Positions 1 through 13,125 of a stretch of DNA of 64,000 nucleotides are shown here, piece by piece. The position numbers and the translations under genes were made by a program. Positions within the stretch are counted from its first letter, which is position 1; every line of letters starts with the position of its first letter. The DNA is taken from NCBI GenBank assembly GCA_030704615.1, contig CM060732.1, forward strand, positions 72,354,001 to 72,418,000, read 5' to 3'. This DNA is from Takakia lepidozioides. Lineage: Eukaryota; Plantae; Bryophyta. The notes under the pieces are model-generated. The model worked only from the letters and a program-made list of their open reading frames with translations, did no database searches and had not been told where the DNA came from.

Positions 1-181
1 ACGCATGCAAGGCAGGCGGAAGAAGCCTTTTTGGTATGGAGGGTGATTCTGACCTCTACAACACAGTGCTCCTCCCCTTTTGTCTGGCTCCACTTCAGGC
101 ACACAGACTGATCGGATTCATATTCGAAATGATGACGATCCCGAAGATAAGCAGGTCGACAACGACTTTTCATGTGAGTAA
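1..181 (+). pseudogene. Last exon of the transposon-borne methyltransferase-like gene, copy A
   Basis: Encodes ..ACKAGGRSLFGMEGDSDLYNTVLLP.., as in 61098-60905(-). Has C4 instead of C5 near nt 75, so it is frameshifted relative to copy B. Confidence 0.6.
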
Positions 182-1229
182 GTGCTAAACCCTCTTTGGG
201 AGTCATACTCAATTTCTCGATAACATCAAAGTTACAGTAATAACTTTTTCAGGCTGTCTTTCAGGAAAGGCAGCGGTGGATCTTCAGGAGATACAGTCAT
301 TTCTGGCGAGTCTGTTTTCGACAGCCCCCTTTCCAATTTTCTGCTCCCTGTTTATGCCGAAGCAATGGCACTTCACGCGTCCGAGTCCCTATCCCCTGAC
401 TTTTTAGTGGCCAGCCGTAGGTGTATCCAGCGTGGATCCGGTGTTCTAAAATACTTAGACTTAGATGCAGAGGAAGAGGGGATACATTGTACTGACTCTG
501 AGTCAGACTGAACTGTATTCTTTTAATATTCATTTTCATATTATCTGGAAAACGTTGAATCCCCTTACTCTACCGTAGTTGTTCCTTTAGAACAAATAAT
601 AATCACAGAATCAACTTTCGTTTAAATTGCTATATGTATGAATCCATCTCACAAACCTTCCTGACTCTTCTCATATCCATTGTGCATTCATCTACACTGT
701 ATTCATGCGTGCTCCATTCATGAAAGCTTCCTTTGTACAACATCCATTGTACATTCATCCTCTGTACTCTTTAATCCACCCCACAAACCTTCCACACTCA
801 TTTCATATACTTTGTGCATTCGTCAAAAGATTTGGTCATGCATCTTCCTGTCATGAATTTTTGTCATTGCTCAACATCCATTATACATTCATCCATTTTA
901 CTCTTATCCATCCGTCATTCATCCATCTACATAGATTTTTCAAACTCATCCATCTGTTTATCATCCAACTGTACATTCATCCATCATTTATTCAATGCCT
1001 TTTATTATGTCGTCCAGCTTGTTTCCGCGGTAAAGGGTGCCAATCCGCGGGAATACACTCCACTTCTTTCTGGGTGCGTGGTGACTCGGCCTCCACGTGT
1101 GATGACGTGGACTGAGCCCGTGACGTGGCATTTGCGCAAGGTGACGTGGCGTGAGCGCAGTCGCGCTCACGCGCTCACGTGACCAGGCTCACGCGCTCAC
1201 GTGACCAGGCTCACGCCGAGGCATCCCTG
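1..1229 (+). mobile_element. 3' terminal part of a CAGGG-ended MULE/SWIM-type DNA transposon (copy A; continues left of the window)
   Basis: Near-identical reverse complement of 59891-61086. Similarity stops exactly at ...GCCGAGGCATCCCTG (1229) = CAGGGATGCCTCGGC at 59891. Subterminal GCTCACG repeats and CATC/CATT-rich tract. Interrupts a Gypsy pol. Confidence 0.85.
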
Positions 1230-3464
1230 GACACCGAAGCTGAAACAATTCGCGTGCGCTATGGGCCAGGAAAGGATTTTGCTCACTTCCCTTTGCACAC
1301 CATAAATTATAATGAGCCTGCAGTTACCAGAACAGCCTACCATAGAGAGGTCGAGAGTGGAGTGAGGTATGCAAGCAGTACGTCAGCAGGTAATGTCTTA
1401 ACCCTGACGTCAGATGAACAGTACCTAGGCTTGTGGGAGAAGGAGAGAAAGCCAGAGGAAGAGTATGAGGATACGGAGGAAGGATCCTCAGGTTCTGACA
1501 CCTCTAAATCTGATGAAGATGAGGAGATGGGAGGTTCTGAGGAGAGTAAGGAGGTAGATACAGCACTGAGGGATGTCGAGGAAATAATAGATGATGTCAA
1601 CCTAGGGGAGGACTTGTTCGAGGACCAAGGGATGTCTGAACTCCTTCAGGAAGAGACCCATAGGAGCATGGCTGCTGCTATAATACAGGAAGCTTATCAG
1701 AAGGCTTGGAATGGTGAACTAGGGAACAACAACCTAGAAATAGAGGATGACTTCCATGATTGGAATCAGGTTGTCACACAAGAGGAAGGACAGAGAATAG
1801 CTAACTTTGTAAGCCAGGTAGAGGGAAAGAGTTGGGAACCCAGTCAAGAGGAAGAAATGGAGAGTCGTTGGAGAAGTCTGAAATCTAGACTGCACATCAA
1901 CCCAGAACTGGCCCCAGAACATAGGATAGAGCTGGAGCAAGAGCTGAAAGCAAACCAGGAATGTTTTGCTCTTAGCAAGGCTGACTTGGGATATTGCAGT
2001 GAGGTGGAACATACAATTGACACACAATGTTTTCCCCCTTGCAGAAGTCGTCCCAGCCGCCTATCAGAATGGGAGGAAAACGAGGTACAAGTACAAATTG
2101 AAACTTTGATCTCACAAGGCAAGATGAGAGAGAGTAGTTCAGAATGGTCGTGTCCTGTTACCCTTCCACCAAAAAAAGATGGATCCAAGCGTTTTTGTGG
2201 TGATTTTAGGCCAGTAAACCGCTTAACAAGAAGGGACTCTTACCCTATGCCATTAATTCAGGATGTTTTGAACCAGTTGGGGAAAGCCAACTGGTTTTCT
2301 GCTCTGGATTTGCAATCTGGTTTTTGGCAGATCAAAATGGACGACCGAGACATAGGCAAAACAGCAGTGATCACAAAGAAGGGATTGTATGAATGGCTGG
2401 TCATGCCATTTGGGCTAAAAAATGCTACTGCTACCTTTCGGAGAACAATGAATAGGGTACTCAAGGAAGAAATCAAAGATTGCGCCAAGGTTTTTGTAGA
2501 TGACGTCAATATCCATAGCAAGGACTGGGTAGATCATGTGGGGCATATAAAGAGAGTACTGGGAAAGGTTAGAAGGGCCAATCTCAGGCTCAATCCGGAC
2601 AAATGTTATTTTGCCAACTTACAGTTGGTGTTCCTTGGGCATGTGATCTCTGAAGAGGGAACATGGCCTGATCCAGATAAGATAGCTGCAATTGAAAGAT
2701 TTCCCTTGCCGAAAAACCACACATTGCTCACTGACAATGGCACAGAGTGGGGAGGTGAGTTTGAAGATACGTGCCGCGAATATGGTATAAAAAGAGAGCA
2801 TAGCGCTCCCTACTGGCCGTAGTGTAATGGTATGGTGGAAAGAGTGATTAAGTCCCTCAAGCAGAGCATCACCACCTTGGGAGTTGGAAACGACACTGAG
2901 TGGGATCAGAACCTATACAAAGCCTTGTTTGGTTGCAGAATGGGTATTCATGCTTCAACATGATTCTCACCTTTTCAAGTGCTGACTGGTAGGATTCCAA
3001 GACTGGGGATCGATAACAGGTTGCACTTTCTCACAACAGCAGTAAATCTTGATGGATCTGTTGCAGAGGTCACACTTATGATGCAAAAAAAAATCCAGCT
3101 CCTCTCAGAGATAAAAGCTAAGCTGCGAAAAAATGTGAAGAAAGCGCAGCGTCAACAGGCAAGAGATTATGCAAGGAAACATCAAACAGGGCACAACTAC
3201 TGCAGGTTGATGGAGAACAGCAAGGTGATGATGTTGAGGCCTGGGAAGAAGTCTTCCATGACATCTCCATGGGAGGGACCCTATGACTTTTTGGGGTACA
3301 AAGATGCGGGAAACACCACAAGGACAGGGGAAGCTGCACGCATATGCAGGCTAAGAGATGGGGCAAACAAGGAATGGGTAAGAAGTAGGAGGGACTTGAA
3401 ACCTTTCATATCACCAGTGGGTGATCAGCCAGTGAAGGTGGTCAGTGAGGACCCTGACACTTAA
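1230..3464 (+). pseudogene. Ty3/Gypsy pol remnant: RT fused to a partial integrase (RNase H deleted)
   Basis: RT motifs KKDGSKRFCGDFR, YPMP, LDLQSGFWQI, MPFGLKNA, FVDD. Jumps from FPLPKN directly to integrase LTDNGTEW..NGMVER; GPY-like WEGPY motif. Stops near 2820 and 2961. Confidence 0.9.
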
Positions 3465-3484
3465 AAAGGGGGACACACTACATA

Positions 3485-5731
3485 TGTAGTGTGAATGCAG
3501 GGGAGTGACATTACATTTTTGTTTTACCGTTAAGACCTACATCACATAACGGGAGTGCCCGTTATCCCAACTGCAGGAGGGATGTATCCCTGCATGCAGG
3601 TAATTTCATGGGCACACTGAGCTTATGCTTTGCCAGGAGAAAAAATGGCTAAGTCATGACAGTGCGTATTTTCATCCACGCGATGAACGTTTTCATCACT
3701 GGTGCTTAACCTAAAATCACGGGTTGAGAAAAACGAAGAGGAAGATGACGGGTGACTCGTAGCAGCTGCTGCGAGCAATGGTGTTGGCAGGGCAGCCTGT
3801 TGTTGGGAGGTTGTACCTACGCTGTGGGATTTTGCTTGGTTTAGGAAGCGGCATTAAGTGCCTCTGCTTGGTATTCTGTGTAAAGGGAAGCGGTGCCGCC
3901 TCTCTCGGAGTGATGATCAATTCCAGGAGATAGGAGCATGTAAGGAGAGCGGCGCACCACCGCTGCCGCCATTGCCTTGAAGATGACAGTTATGGGCAGA
4001 TGAGCAAGCAAGGAAAACGGCCAGCTGCTGGAAGCACAAGGAAGAGAGTCTGGGCACAATCAATGGGGGGGGTAAAGCATGTGGAGTGCTGGCTGTATAG
4101 CATCTCAGGTTCTCTGTCATCAAGCTTCTAGCTGCTTTTGTGTCTTCTTGTTATAGGACCAGGTCAATTCGTAAGAAAGAATTGCATAGAGTAATTTAGT
4201 TGGCAAGCCACAGGATGTTCCAAGGGATGAAGAGGAGCAATCATGGCATGATAAAGACTGGAATCAAGACAAGGAGAAAAGGTTGAAGTGGCTGCTGACA
4301 GGCGATGGCGAGGTGCCACCTTGACAGGCAGACCCACCGCTTCACTAGAGGATAAAAACAGATAAGTCTGTAGATTGTGGGCTTCTTTTTGGTGAGAAAC
4401 TTAGAAATTGCTTTTGGTAGATTTAGGACTGCATCTTGGTAGAAGAGAAAAGGTGGAGACATGTGATAGAGGAAAAGGTTTTTGGAAATGGAATGGAGAC
4501 TCTGGACTTCAAACCAGAACATGGAAAGGATGGATGCACCTGATGTTGTGGTGTCAGTAAGAGAAATGAGTGAAGAGAGAGAGAGAGAGACTGTTTGTCA
4601 CTGAGATCAGAATGGTCACTGTTGTCTACATTCTTGCATCTTGTTTCAGTGTTATAAACTTGCACACAATGCTGCCGTGGGTAGTGATGCACTGGAACCA
4701 ATGTAGATCTAGCTTGTTTGCTTGGAGAGATCAAATGAGGGTTAGCTGGAACTGTTGAAAACATAGAAAGGATAAGGTGATTTCAGTATGGTGTCAGGAT
4801 ATGAACAACTGCGTTTCACAGTTGAAGGGAAAAGAGGGATGTTGGGGTATTTGGTTGAAACTTGAAGAAGGGATGAGAGCTGTTTGGGCAATGGGAAAGG
4901 TAGTGTGAAGGGCTGAACATTGACAGAGAGAGAGAGAAACAGAGAAAAAGGGACAAGAGGGAGAGAGGGAGAGAGAGACTGATGAATGGGATGGTTGTGT
5001 CTTGAGAGACCGAGGATGACTTCAAGGCTGGCTGCACTGGATGCTTGGCAGAGTGTGCATTTGCATTACATGATAGATGTGCTGCTGTGAAGAAGTGAGG
5101 AGCCTGTAGACATAGACAGAGATAGAGAAACAGACGAAAAAGGGAAAAGAGAGAGAGAGAGAAAAGGGGATTTGGGAAATGAGAGAGCTGCTCAGCAAAA
5201 GGGCTGATGGGGGGGGGGGGGGGATGGCCAATTTGGGGAGATGAGATGAAGAAAACCTGAACCCTGAAAGAAACCAGTGCCTCTGCAGTTCAAGAAGATC
5301 TGAGCTGCCTTCTCCTAAATCTGTGTCACCATTACAAAAGGGGATTTCCGACGTGTCACTGCTCAAGGGGGCTTCACATAAAGGGTCCTGTTTATCGCTG
5401 CCATTGGGCTGCTTGCATCCCAGAAAAGATCACGCCAACACTGTTGGCGCCGTGATCATAGGGCCAGACTGTTGTATAGAAGTAGAACCGAGAGCAAGAA
5501 CAATTCAAAAACTCCCCATCCATGTCTTCTCTTCCGCTGCGGCGTGGATGAGGATTCCGTAAACTCTGATCACGAACGAACCTGAAGGAAAACCCATATA
5601 GCCGTGTGACGATGGTTGGACAGAGAAAGAACGCTCCTTTCCCTTGCTTTGACAATCAACTGGGGGGAGGGGAGGACCACAACTTTAGGATTAACCAGAA
5701 GGGGATTCACGCCCCTTCTTTTCACACTACA
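3485..5731 (+). repeat. Probable 3' LTR of the Gypsy element (~2.25 kb)
   Basis: Preceded by polypurine tract AAAAAGGGGGA (3463-3473). Bounded by an 11-bp inverted repeat TGTAGTGTGAA (3485-3495) / TTCACACTACA (5721-5731), giving TG...CA ends. No second LTR copy in the window to confirm. Confidence 0.6.
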
Positions 5732-5749
5732 CAATACCCTCGTACGTGT

Positions 5750-6708
5750 ACATGCGAAATGTGGGTGCACCCTATCCTGCTGATTTGTTGTTGTGCTGGA
5801 ACAGTAGCAAACGTAGAACGACATTCGCATTTTACATGTATTGTTATCTTCAGTGCATATGTAGTGTCCTTTGCATTTTGTTAGACTATTGTTTGAGGAG
5901 CCAGATTTTGGGACTTTGGTGCTATATTGTAAATTTGACTGGCAGCAGTTTAAGAGAAGCTCTTACATCTACTGCTCTCTTTAAGTGCCTATGTTTTGTC
6001 CTTTGCACTTGCTGACTTTGTTCTTTCATATTATTCTTGCATGTGAATAAAACATTCATTTGCACAGTCATTTTTTGTCTCTTTGTTCTTCCATTTGTTA
6101 TTCTCTTTGTTCAATATTTGAATAATACTAACCCTAATCTCTACTAACCCTAACGAGGTAAGCATAGTCGTGGTTCTGACTGTCCAATACATTCAAAAGT
6201 TCCAAACAACCCCTCATATGATGCCACGTGTCCACATATCATCATGTCACTGCAAGACCTCCTCAATACATGCCACGTGTCTAGATATCAACATGTTGTA
6301 GTCAGGATCATGACTACAAGTCCTCCTCAATATATGCCACGTGTCCAGATATTAGCATGGTTGTAGTCAGGATGATGACTGCAGGACCACCTCATGGATA
6401 TGCCACGTGGCAGATTCTGGAGACGTCATATGACGCACATCCACAAAACCTCCTGGACTTATTAAAAAGAGACACGTGTACAGTTGCAGCAGCACACTAA
6501 GTCATGTATGGTAGAAGTACGTATGACTGCCACATGACAGTGAGATGTATCACTTGGTTCATCTGACTGCAGTCATCCATGACCGCCCATACTGTACTCA
6601 TTGTATTCACTTGGTTTGCACGACTTAAAGTCATTGCAGTCATATGTACCATTTATGACTACGGGATAATCATATATATAGTCATATATACCGTGATATG
6701 TTGTAGTG
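5750..6708. mobile_element. Non-coding terminal fragment of a CACTA-like element
   Basis: Ends in ...TATATACCGTGATATGTTGTAGTG (rc CACTACAAC). Many GTCAT/ATGAC and TGCCACGTG subterminal repeats. Diverged homolog at ~35520-36803 ends at the same point. Confidence 0.55.
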
Positions 6709-9700
6709 GGGGTAGAACACAGCCCCACCAACAAGCACATCATAGGACATCGTGTCCGTAACAATGGCTTTAGCTCTCATGACTGAGCCGTCTGTAGGAT
6801 GATCCGGCTGCAATCGAATGAAGAGCTCATGGCGTGTAATCCCTCGCGCCTTCTCTGAACCACCCAAAGATATTTGAATTTGGAAATGACAAGGCTCCAA
6901 GTCCGCCTCTGTAAGGCCCAAGTCTGCAATTGCTGCTCTCCCCAACATCAACGGCTATGCTCCCGAGTCCAACAAGACTCACAGTGGCCTATACCTCCTC
7001 CCGGTTGGGCCACTCAACTGAAACACTCCATCCTAATTGTCTACCAGGACTACTCCGGGAGTCACCATGCTGCGCTCAATGGCTGGCCTAGCTGGCAACT
7101 CCTGCAACCGTGCAGCTGCCGCTTGCCATGGCGCAGCTGTGGCTGTCTTTACCCTTGAATCCAAGGCATCCATGCACTGCACCTTATCCCTATCCCCGCA
7201 GATAGTGCCGATGCATCACCACTCTCACAGAGTCTAGCTGCTAGTTTGAACACAACAGCTGGCCGAATCCCCGACATTGCAATGGTCATTGTAGAAAATA
7301 ATGTGGCTTGATAAACCGCTGTAGCTGCCCCCAACAATGTACTGGCTGCACCTTGCTTTGTAGCACCACCCACTGGTATTTCCCGAGCCACACCAACTCT
7401 CCCCAATGGTACTCTTGGCTCTACCTCTGACATACTTGGGCAAGCGGATGCCATTGATGGCGTAGGTGAGACTGTCTCAGCCAATGTAAAGGACTATGGA
7501 AGCCTTGTCTGACGACTTGCTTCCCCCTTTTGTGGATCAAAATCCACATCCACTCCTCTGAGCTCAAGAGCACGCGTTGCTGCTCGAGTGATAGCAGCAG
7601 CAGAGTCCAATACATGGAATGGCCCTGCAAGTGCGGCTCCACACATGAAGCCCATACCAATCTGATTTTCCCTAGGCATAGGAGGCTGTGCAGGTGGGGC
7701 TTGAACCTCAAGCCTTGGAGCTGGCGCAACAGGGTCGTTGCAGCCTATAATGTCCATTTTTGGCTGTCACAACACAGTTTTTCCTTCACATAGATTGATG
7801 GTATACATTCACACTCTTCAATCGAATGGAATATTTGAATAAAGGACTCTAAAGGATAATACGCACTTGAGGCTTCACCCACTCTTTCAAGTTTCATTTC
7901 AAAATACTAAGTATATTGAAAGTTAGGGACTTTTTAAAAAGTCCCTAGTAAAATGTCATAGTTCATAATCCGATGATTATGTACTTTGTTCTTGGTCAAT
8001 TTTCAATGCCACTATAAAAAAGGACTCACATTATGATCACCCCCATTTTGAGGAATCTAGAATGCCTTATCTTACACTAAAATATGTAGTCCATAAAATG
8101 TTAGGGGACTTTTGAAGAGCATAGAAAAATTAGTTATTTTTGTATTAAGCTTTACTACATGAAAAAAATAGATTTACAAGAACTTCCTTCACAAAAAACA
8201 CACATTTCCCATAGGTTGAGGGCACAGATGAATTAGATTTGAGAATTTCGTTATTTTTTATTTGAGTTTATTTTATTTTATTTTTATTTTTTATTTTTGA
8301 AAAGTCCGCCCATATGGTTTTGACACGGTACTTTTGGCCGACGGTCTGGATCGACTTCATCCGACGATCAAAAAATTTATTTTTCAAAACTCGCACTAGC
8401 TTAAGGACATTTCTTGTACTCGTGATCGTGTCGCATTATGGACACTCTAGGCTGCAATCACCCAACATGAGTAGTGGCTATGGCAGCAAGATGTTGCTCT
8501 AGCTGGGCAAGTCTATCCACCATGCCTTGGTCATGACCTTGACCTTGACCTTGACCCTGTGCTCCTTAGTTTTGGTTACGACCTCCACCCCGACCCTCTG
8601 CCTCCTCTACCTCTCTGGACTACATTGCCTCGTCCTCGGCCACCATTGTTCCTTTGGAACTGGCCTGGCCGTAGCTCAGTATGTAAGCCATAACAATGGG
8701 CCTCCTCATGCCCATACTTTCCACAATGCCCACAGTGTAGTTGTGTAGGCTGTGCCTGTGCCTGCCCTTTGCCTCTCTCCGGGCAATCTTTCTTGACATG
8801 GGGTCCTCCACAATCCCAACAAAGTCACACCCGACTGTTGTTGTCCTGAGAATGAAGGAAAAGACCTCTGCATCTGAGAGCCTCTCTGTCCTTCCCCGGG
8901 CTTCACCTGAGCCCCCTTGTTGCCTTGAACACGTTGGGTAGTGGTTGTTGTTGGCTAGAAGCCCCACTTCGTTGTGTCTCCTTGCCAAACCCCACCATAA
9001 CCACTCGCTCCTCCACCATATTGAGCTCTATCTGCTCTGCAAGTAAAAACACATTTGCTAAGGTGGGTTGGTCCAATTGTTGGAGAGTTGCATCCCGCAC
9101 CCTTCTCATCAGCTCCTTGTCCAATATCCTATACCAGAATTGGACTGCCTGAGCTTCCGTAACCCCTTGGGTTACATTTATCTGGCGCCCCATGCGAGTG
9201 TAAGCCTCCCTCAAACTCTCAGTAGGCCTCCATTGGAACTCTTGCAAGCTCCGCAACTTCTCTGTCCTTATCCCCTGGTAGTTTCTCCTCAACTCCTCGA
9301 AGAACTCCACAACTGGGTTAAAGGCAGGCACGGATGCTGGTGCTGCAGCAAGAGCTTGAGTGGATTTCCCAGCTCTTGTACCACCTGTCCCACTACTAGT
9401 GCTTGCAGTTGGGGATGTTGGTGTAGCTGCTGGTGTCACCGCTGCTCTTGTGCCTTTGGTGATGGAGATATAATCAGTTGACCAATATTCTCGCCATTCC
9501 TCAATCTCCACCTCATGTCCCCGCCTAAACTCATGATAATCATCCATGGGCGGCCCCTCAAGGTGCTGAAACAGCCCTTTTCACATCATAAAAGACGTAA
9601 ACAGTTGTGGATTGCGCATCTGCTGCAAATCACACCAACTATCAAACTCCTGTATGAAATCATCAAGCTCGATGGTGCCCACAACTCCAGAATACCGGTG

Positions 9701-10200
9701 TGACCCCTTGGTAGCTCCATACATTTCTTCCATCGTATCCCACAACAATGGCAAGGAAATGGCTTGCATCCTCGGCGAGAATCCTCATGACTCCGAGTCT
9801 GAACCTTCATCAGAAAACACTGAAGGTGAAGGTGGCCTAAACCGCACACCTTGTCTTGTGTACCCACTAATATCGCTGGTGCCCGTACCGGCACTCCCCT
9901 CAGCAACTGGTGGCACCTCCGTGATGAAAACTCACAACCCAACCGATTGTCAACCTGTCTCTAATCCCCACTTTCCACAAGGTAACCGGGTAGAGAACCT
10001 GTTGCGGCTAGTGGTTCAAGTACGAATACCAGGTTTCTAACGTAGACCGGTACCTGCACGCACTCCTATGGTCTGCTGGTCATCGACCCAGCCTCACCAT
10101 AAGTGAAACAATGATGGTCTGACTGGTCATCACCCCAGCCTCACCACCGACAACACGCTCTAGGATTGGCCGGTGATCAAATCCGGACCAACATCCTATG
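6709..10200 (-). pseudogene. Second Ty3/Gypsy-like element: decayed gag-protease
   Basis: Retrotransposon gag domain (ORF 8903-9547), CCHC knuckle CGHCGKYGHEEAHC (~8690-8735), aspartic protease VLLDSGA (~6960-6980). Many stops and frameshifts. AT-rich interruption at ~7790-8430. Confidence 0.75.
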
Positions 10201-11681
10201 AAAACAAGTGCCCACACAAAATTGACGTGGTGCACAGTCAAGCATGTAGGCGTGGAGGGGATCCAAACACAAGAAAATCAAAACAGTAACCCCCCCATAC
10301 CAAAAACACTCCACCGTGTCGCTCCTGCAAGACACCCCAGCCCGCATGCTCTCATCCCACTACCCTATCTCCACACTCTTTTACTTAAGCAATAGACAAG
10401 ACCTTTCAAGGATCTCTCAAATAACTCTCTAAGAGCCCTCAAGATGTCTCTCAAACAATCTCACTAAGACTCCCAAAGCTTGGACAATGATACTCCAAAC
10501 AATACACCAAGGCCCCAAGAGCCTACCAAATCTTGGCCCTCAAGGACCCCAAATAGTCCTTCAACAAATCGCCAAAGACTCTTCAAGCTCGCCAAATATC
10601 GGCCTCCAAGGACCCCAAACAGCCCTCAGGCTTCCAAAGGCTCCAAAAACTTGCCAAATATTAGCCTTCAAAGACCCCAAATGGTCCTCCACATAGCCTT
10701 CCAAAGGCTTGCCAAAACTTGGCCTTCAAGGACCGCAAATAGTCCTCCAAACAGTCATCCAAATACCTCTTCAAAGTGCCTTACAAAAGCTCCTCAGAGT
10801 GTCTTCCAAAAGCTCCTTAAAGGACCCCAAAGATTCCCCAAACAATCCTCCAAAAGGCCCTTGAAAATCCTCCAAAAGCCCTATATTGTCTTTATATGTC
10901 ACTATGTTCCCAGCCTATAATGACTGTTCCCACACTACGATGATGGTTCCCAAATTACAGTGACGGTTCCCAAACTACGGTGATCATTCCCACACTTTGG
11001 TGACTGTTCCCATGAACCTAGGGTTTCATGTGCATCTCATGCTAGGGTTTGTGCATTCCAAGCTAGGGTTTGGGCTTCTTTGAGCTTCATGCTTGCTCTC
11101 CTCAAGCATCCATGACTTCTATGAGATACCAAGGCAAACTACCTTGATCTTCTTCACCTCAAGCCACAACCAAGCTTGGTTCCATCTCACCTAGCAATGC
11201 ATTTGCCACACAACAAGCTTCACTTATCTTTGGAGCTCAAGAATCAAGTTTTTTTTACCTCATTTGACAAGCAACCAAGTCTTGCACTCATTCATGTGCT
11301 CTTCTTTGGCCATCCACACACATGCTCCACTCTTGGCTTCTATGTGTTGCTTCTCCAAGCATCAATACATCTCCACCTCATGCAAAGAGGAAGATTCAAG
11401 TCCCTTCACTTGCTAGCTCAAGAGTCGTGCTCTTCTCAAGCTTAAGGTTGAAACCCCAACTCAAACATGTACTCTACAAGTGCTTTTCCTTCACCTAAGT
11501 GGAAACCAGCCCTTTTCCTTTCTTCTTGCTCTCCAAGGCTTGAAAATAGAAGCCTCAATGGGCTGAAAACATGCTCCACATAAGCATCACCTCATACACA
11601 AAAGATTGAACTTGTTCCTTTCACCTTCTAGCTCTCCTCAAGCTTGAAGTTGGAAGCCGCACTTGAAAAACATGCTCCACA

Positions 11682-12514
11682 CAGGGGGATGCTATTCTGT
11701 GAGCAGATCCCGCGAGCAAAAAAATCCGTGAGCAGAAATCTGCTCACGCTTCATGATCTGCCCACCTATAACCGTGGGCGCCTACTCGTATTACAAGCTC
11801 GGTTATGGATGTTGCTGGGATGAATGAGGGATGAATGGCGGATGAATGTTTGTATGATGAATGAGACATGGATGAATGAAATAAATGAATAATACAAAGT
11901 TGTTTAGTAGTAGTAGCTCCCAAATCCCCCGAGCTCCGAAATCCTTTAAACCATGCTAGTCTTGCTTGCAAATCAATTGTGAAAGTGCAATGTATATTGC
12001 CAACAATGAATCCACATTGCTTTGTGGATTGAGGAGGGGTTACTTGTCATTTTTCTAGGTATCCAATGTTGAGAGAAAGGCTCACACCCAAATCTAAAGA
12101 AGGCAGAGAGGTGAACTTGTGCTTTATAAATAAACATTTCAAAACACGTATTGGGAATTAAGATGTCGTTGACGACACCTTAATCCCCAGCACTGCACAC
12201 ACACCGCCTTACCGCCAAGGCTTGTTCGCCATCAGATTTTTTTGGGTGAATTTTTTTGGGGTTTTTGATTTTTCCATGAACTGTCATATGCCAACTCGTA
12301 CTGGGAATTAAGATGTCGTTGACGACACCTTAATCCCCAGCACCTGCACACACACCGCCTTACCGCCAAGGCTGTTCGCCATCAGATTTTTTTGGGTTGA
12401 AATTTTTTGGGTGAATTGTTTTGGGGTTTTTGGTTTTTCCATGAATTGTCATGTGCCAACTCATACTGGGAATTAAGATGGCGTTGACGACACCTTAATC
12501 TGGCACAAAAAAAA

Positions 12515-12558
<44 letters not shown>

Positions 12559-13125
12559 ACTTGTTGGGAATTAAGATGTCGTTGACGACACCTTAATCCC
12601 CACCACCTGCACACACACCGCCTTACCGCCAAAGTTTCTTCGCCTTGAAAGTTTTTTGGGTTGAAATTTTTTTGGATAATGTTTTTGGGAAAAAAAATTC
12701 AAGGAGTTTGGTTTTTCCGTAACCTGTCATATGCCAACTCGTACTGGGAATTAAGATGTCGTTGACGACACCTTAATCCCGAACACCTGCACATGCACCA
12801 TGGTTCATTCATGTCGCTCATTTTTCATCCAAAAGTCATCCAACATTCATCCATTCATTTTTTCATTCATCTCAAAACCATTCATCCGGCAGTTTTCCAT
12901 CGCACATTTGTACCATATGGTCGTCACCCAGCAAGGAATCTTCCGTCGGATAGGGTGGAGATTACATCCGTGCAATGTAGTTTTTGTCCACGGCAATAGG
13001 CCATCTTCTTCCTTCGGTTGTAGGCTCCCATTCATGAATCTGCTCACGCTTGCATTTTGCTCACGTTTACCACTTAAAGCGTGAGCGTGCTCACGTGAAC
13101 TGCTCACACGGTAGCTACCTTCCTG
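11682..13125. mobile_element. Non-autonomous TIR element related to the CAGGG-ended transposon
   Basis: Left end CAGGGGGATGCTATTCTGTGAGCAG; right end rc CAGGAAGGTAGCTACCGTGTGAGCAG. Subterminal GTGAGC/GCTCAC repeats and GATGAAT/ATTCATC tracts as in 1-1229. No TSD found. Confidence 0.65.
12153..12780. repeat. Five copies of a 35-bp imperfect palindrome in ~100-180-bp tandem units
   Basis: GGGAATTAAGATGTCGTTGACGACACCTTAATCCC at 12153, 12303, 12468 (variant), 12566 and 12746. (AT)n tract at ~12517-12554. Confidence 0.9.

Noticed and set aside
297-1182. Short ORFs conserved with 59952-60790
   Set aside because: Conservation reflects the recent TE copy; the His/Ile/Phe-rich translations come from CATC/CATT low-complexity tracts.
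1179-1229. Start of the 547-aa ORF as a real fusion protein
   Set aside because: It begins at a GTG in the transposon terminus and merely happens to be in frame with the interrupted Gypsy pol.
12153-12780. CRISPR-like array of 35-bp palindromic repeats
   Set aside because: The intervening sequences are long (about 65-145 bp) and mostly homologous to each other, there are no cas genes, and the context is eukaryotic. It is a tandem repeat inside a TE.
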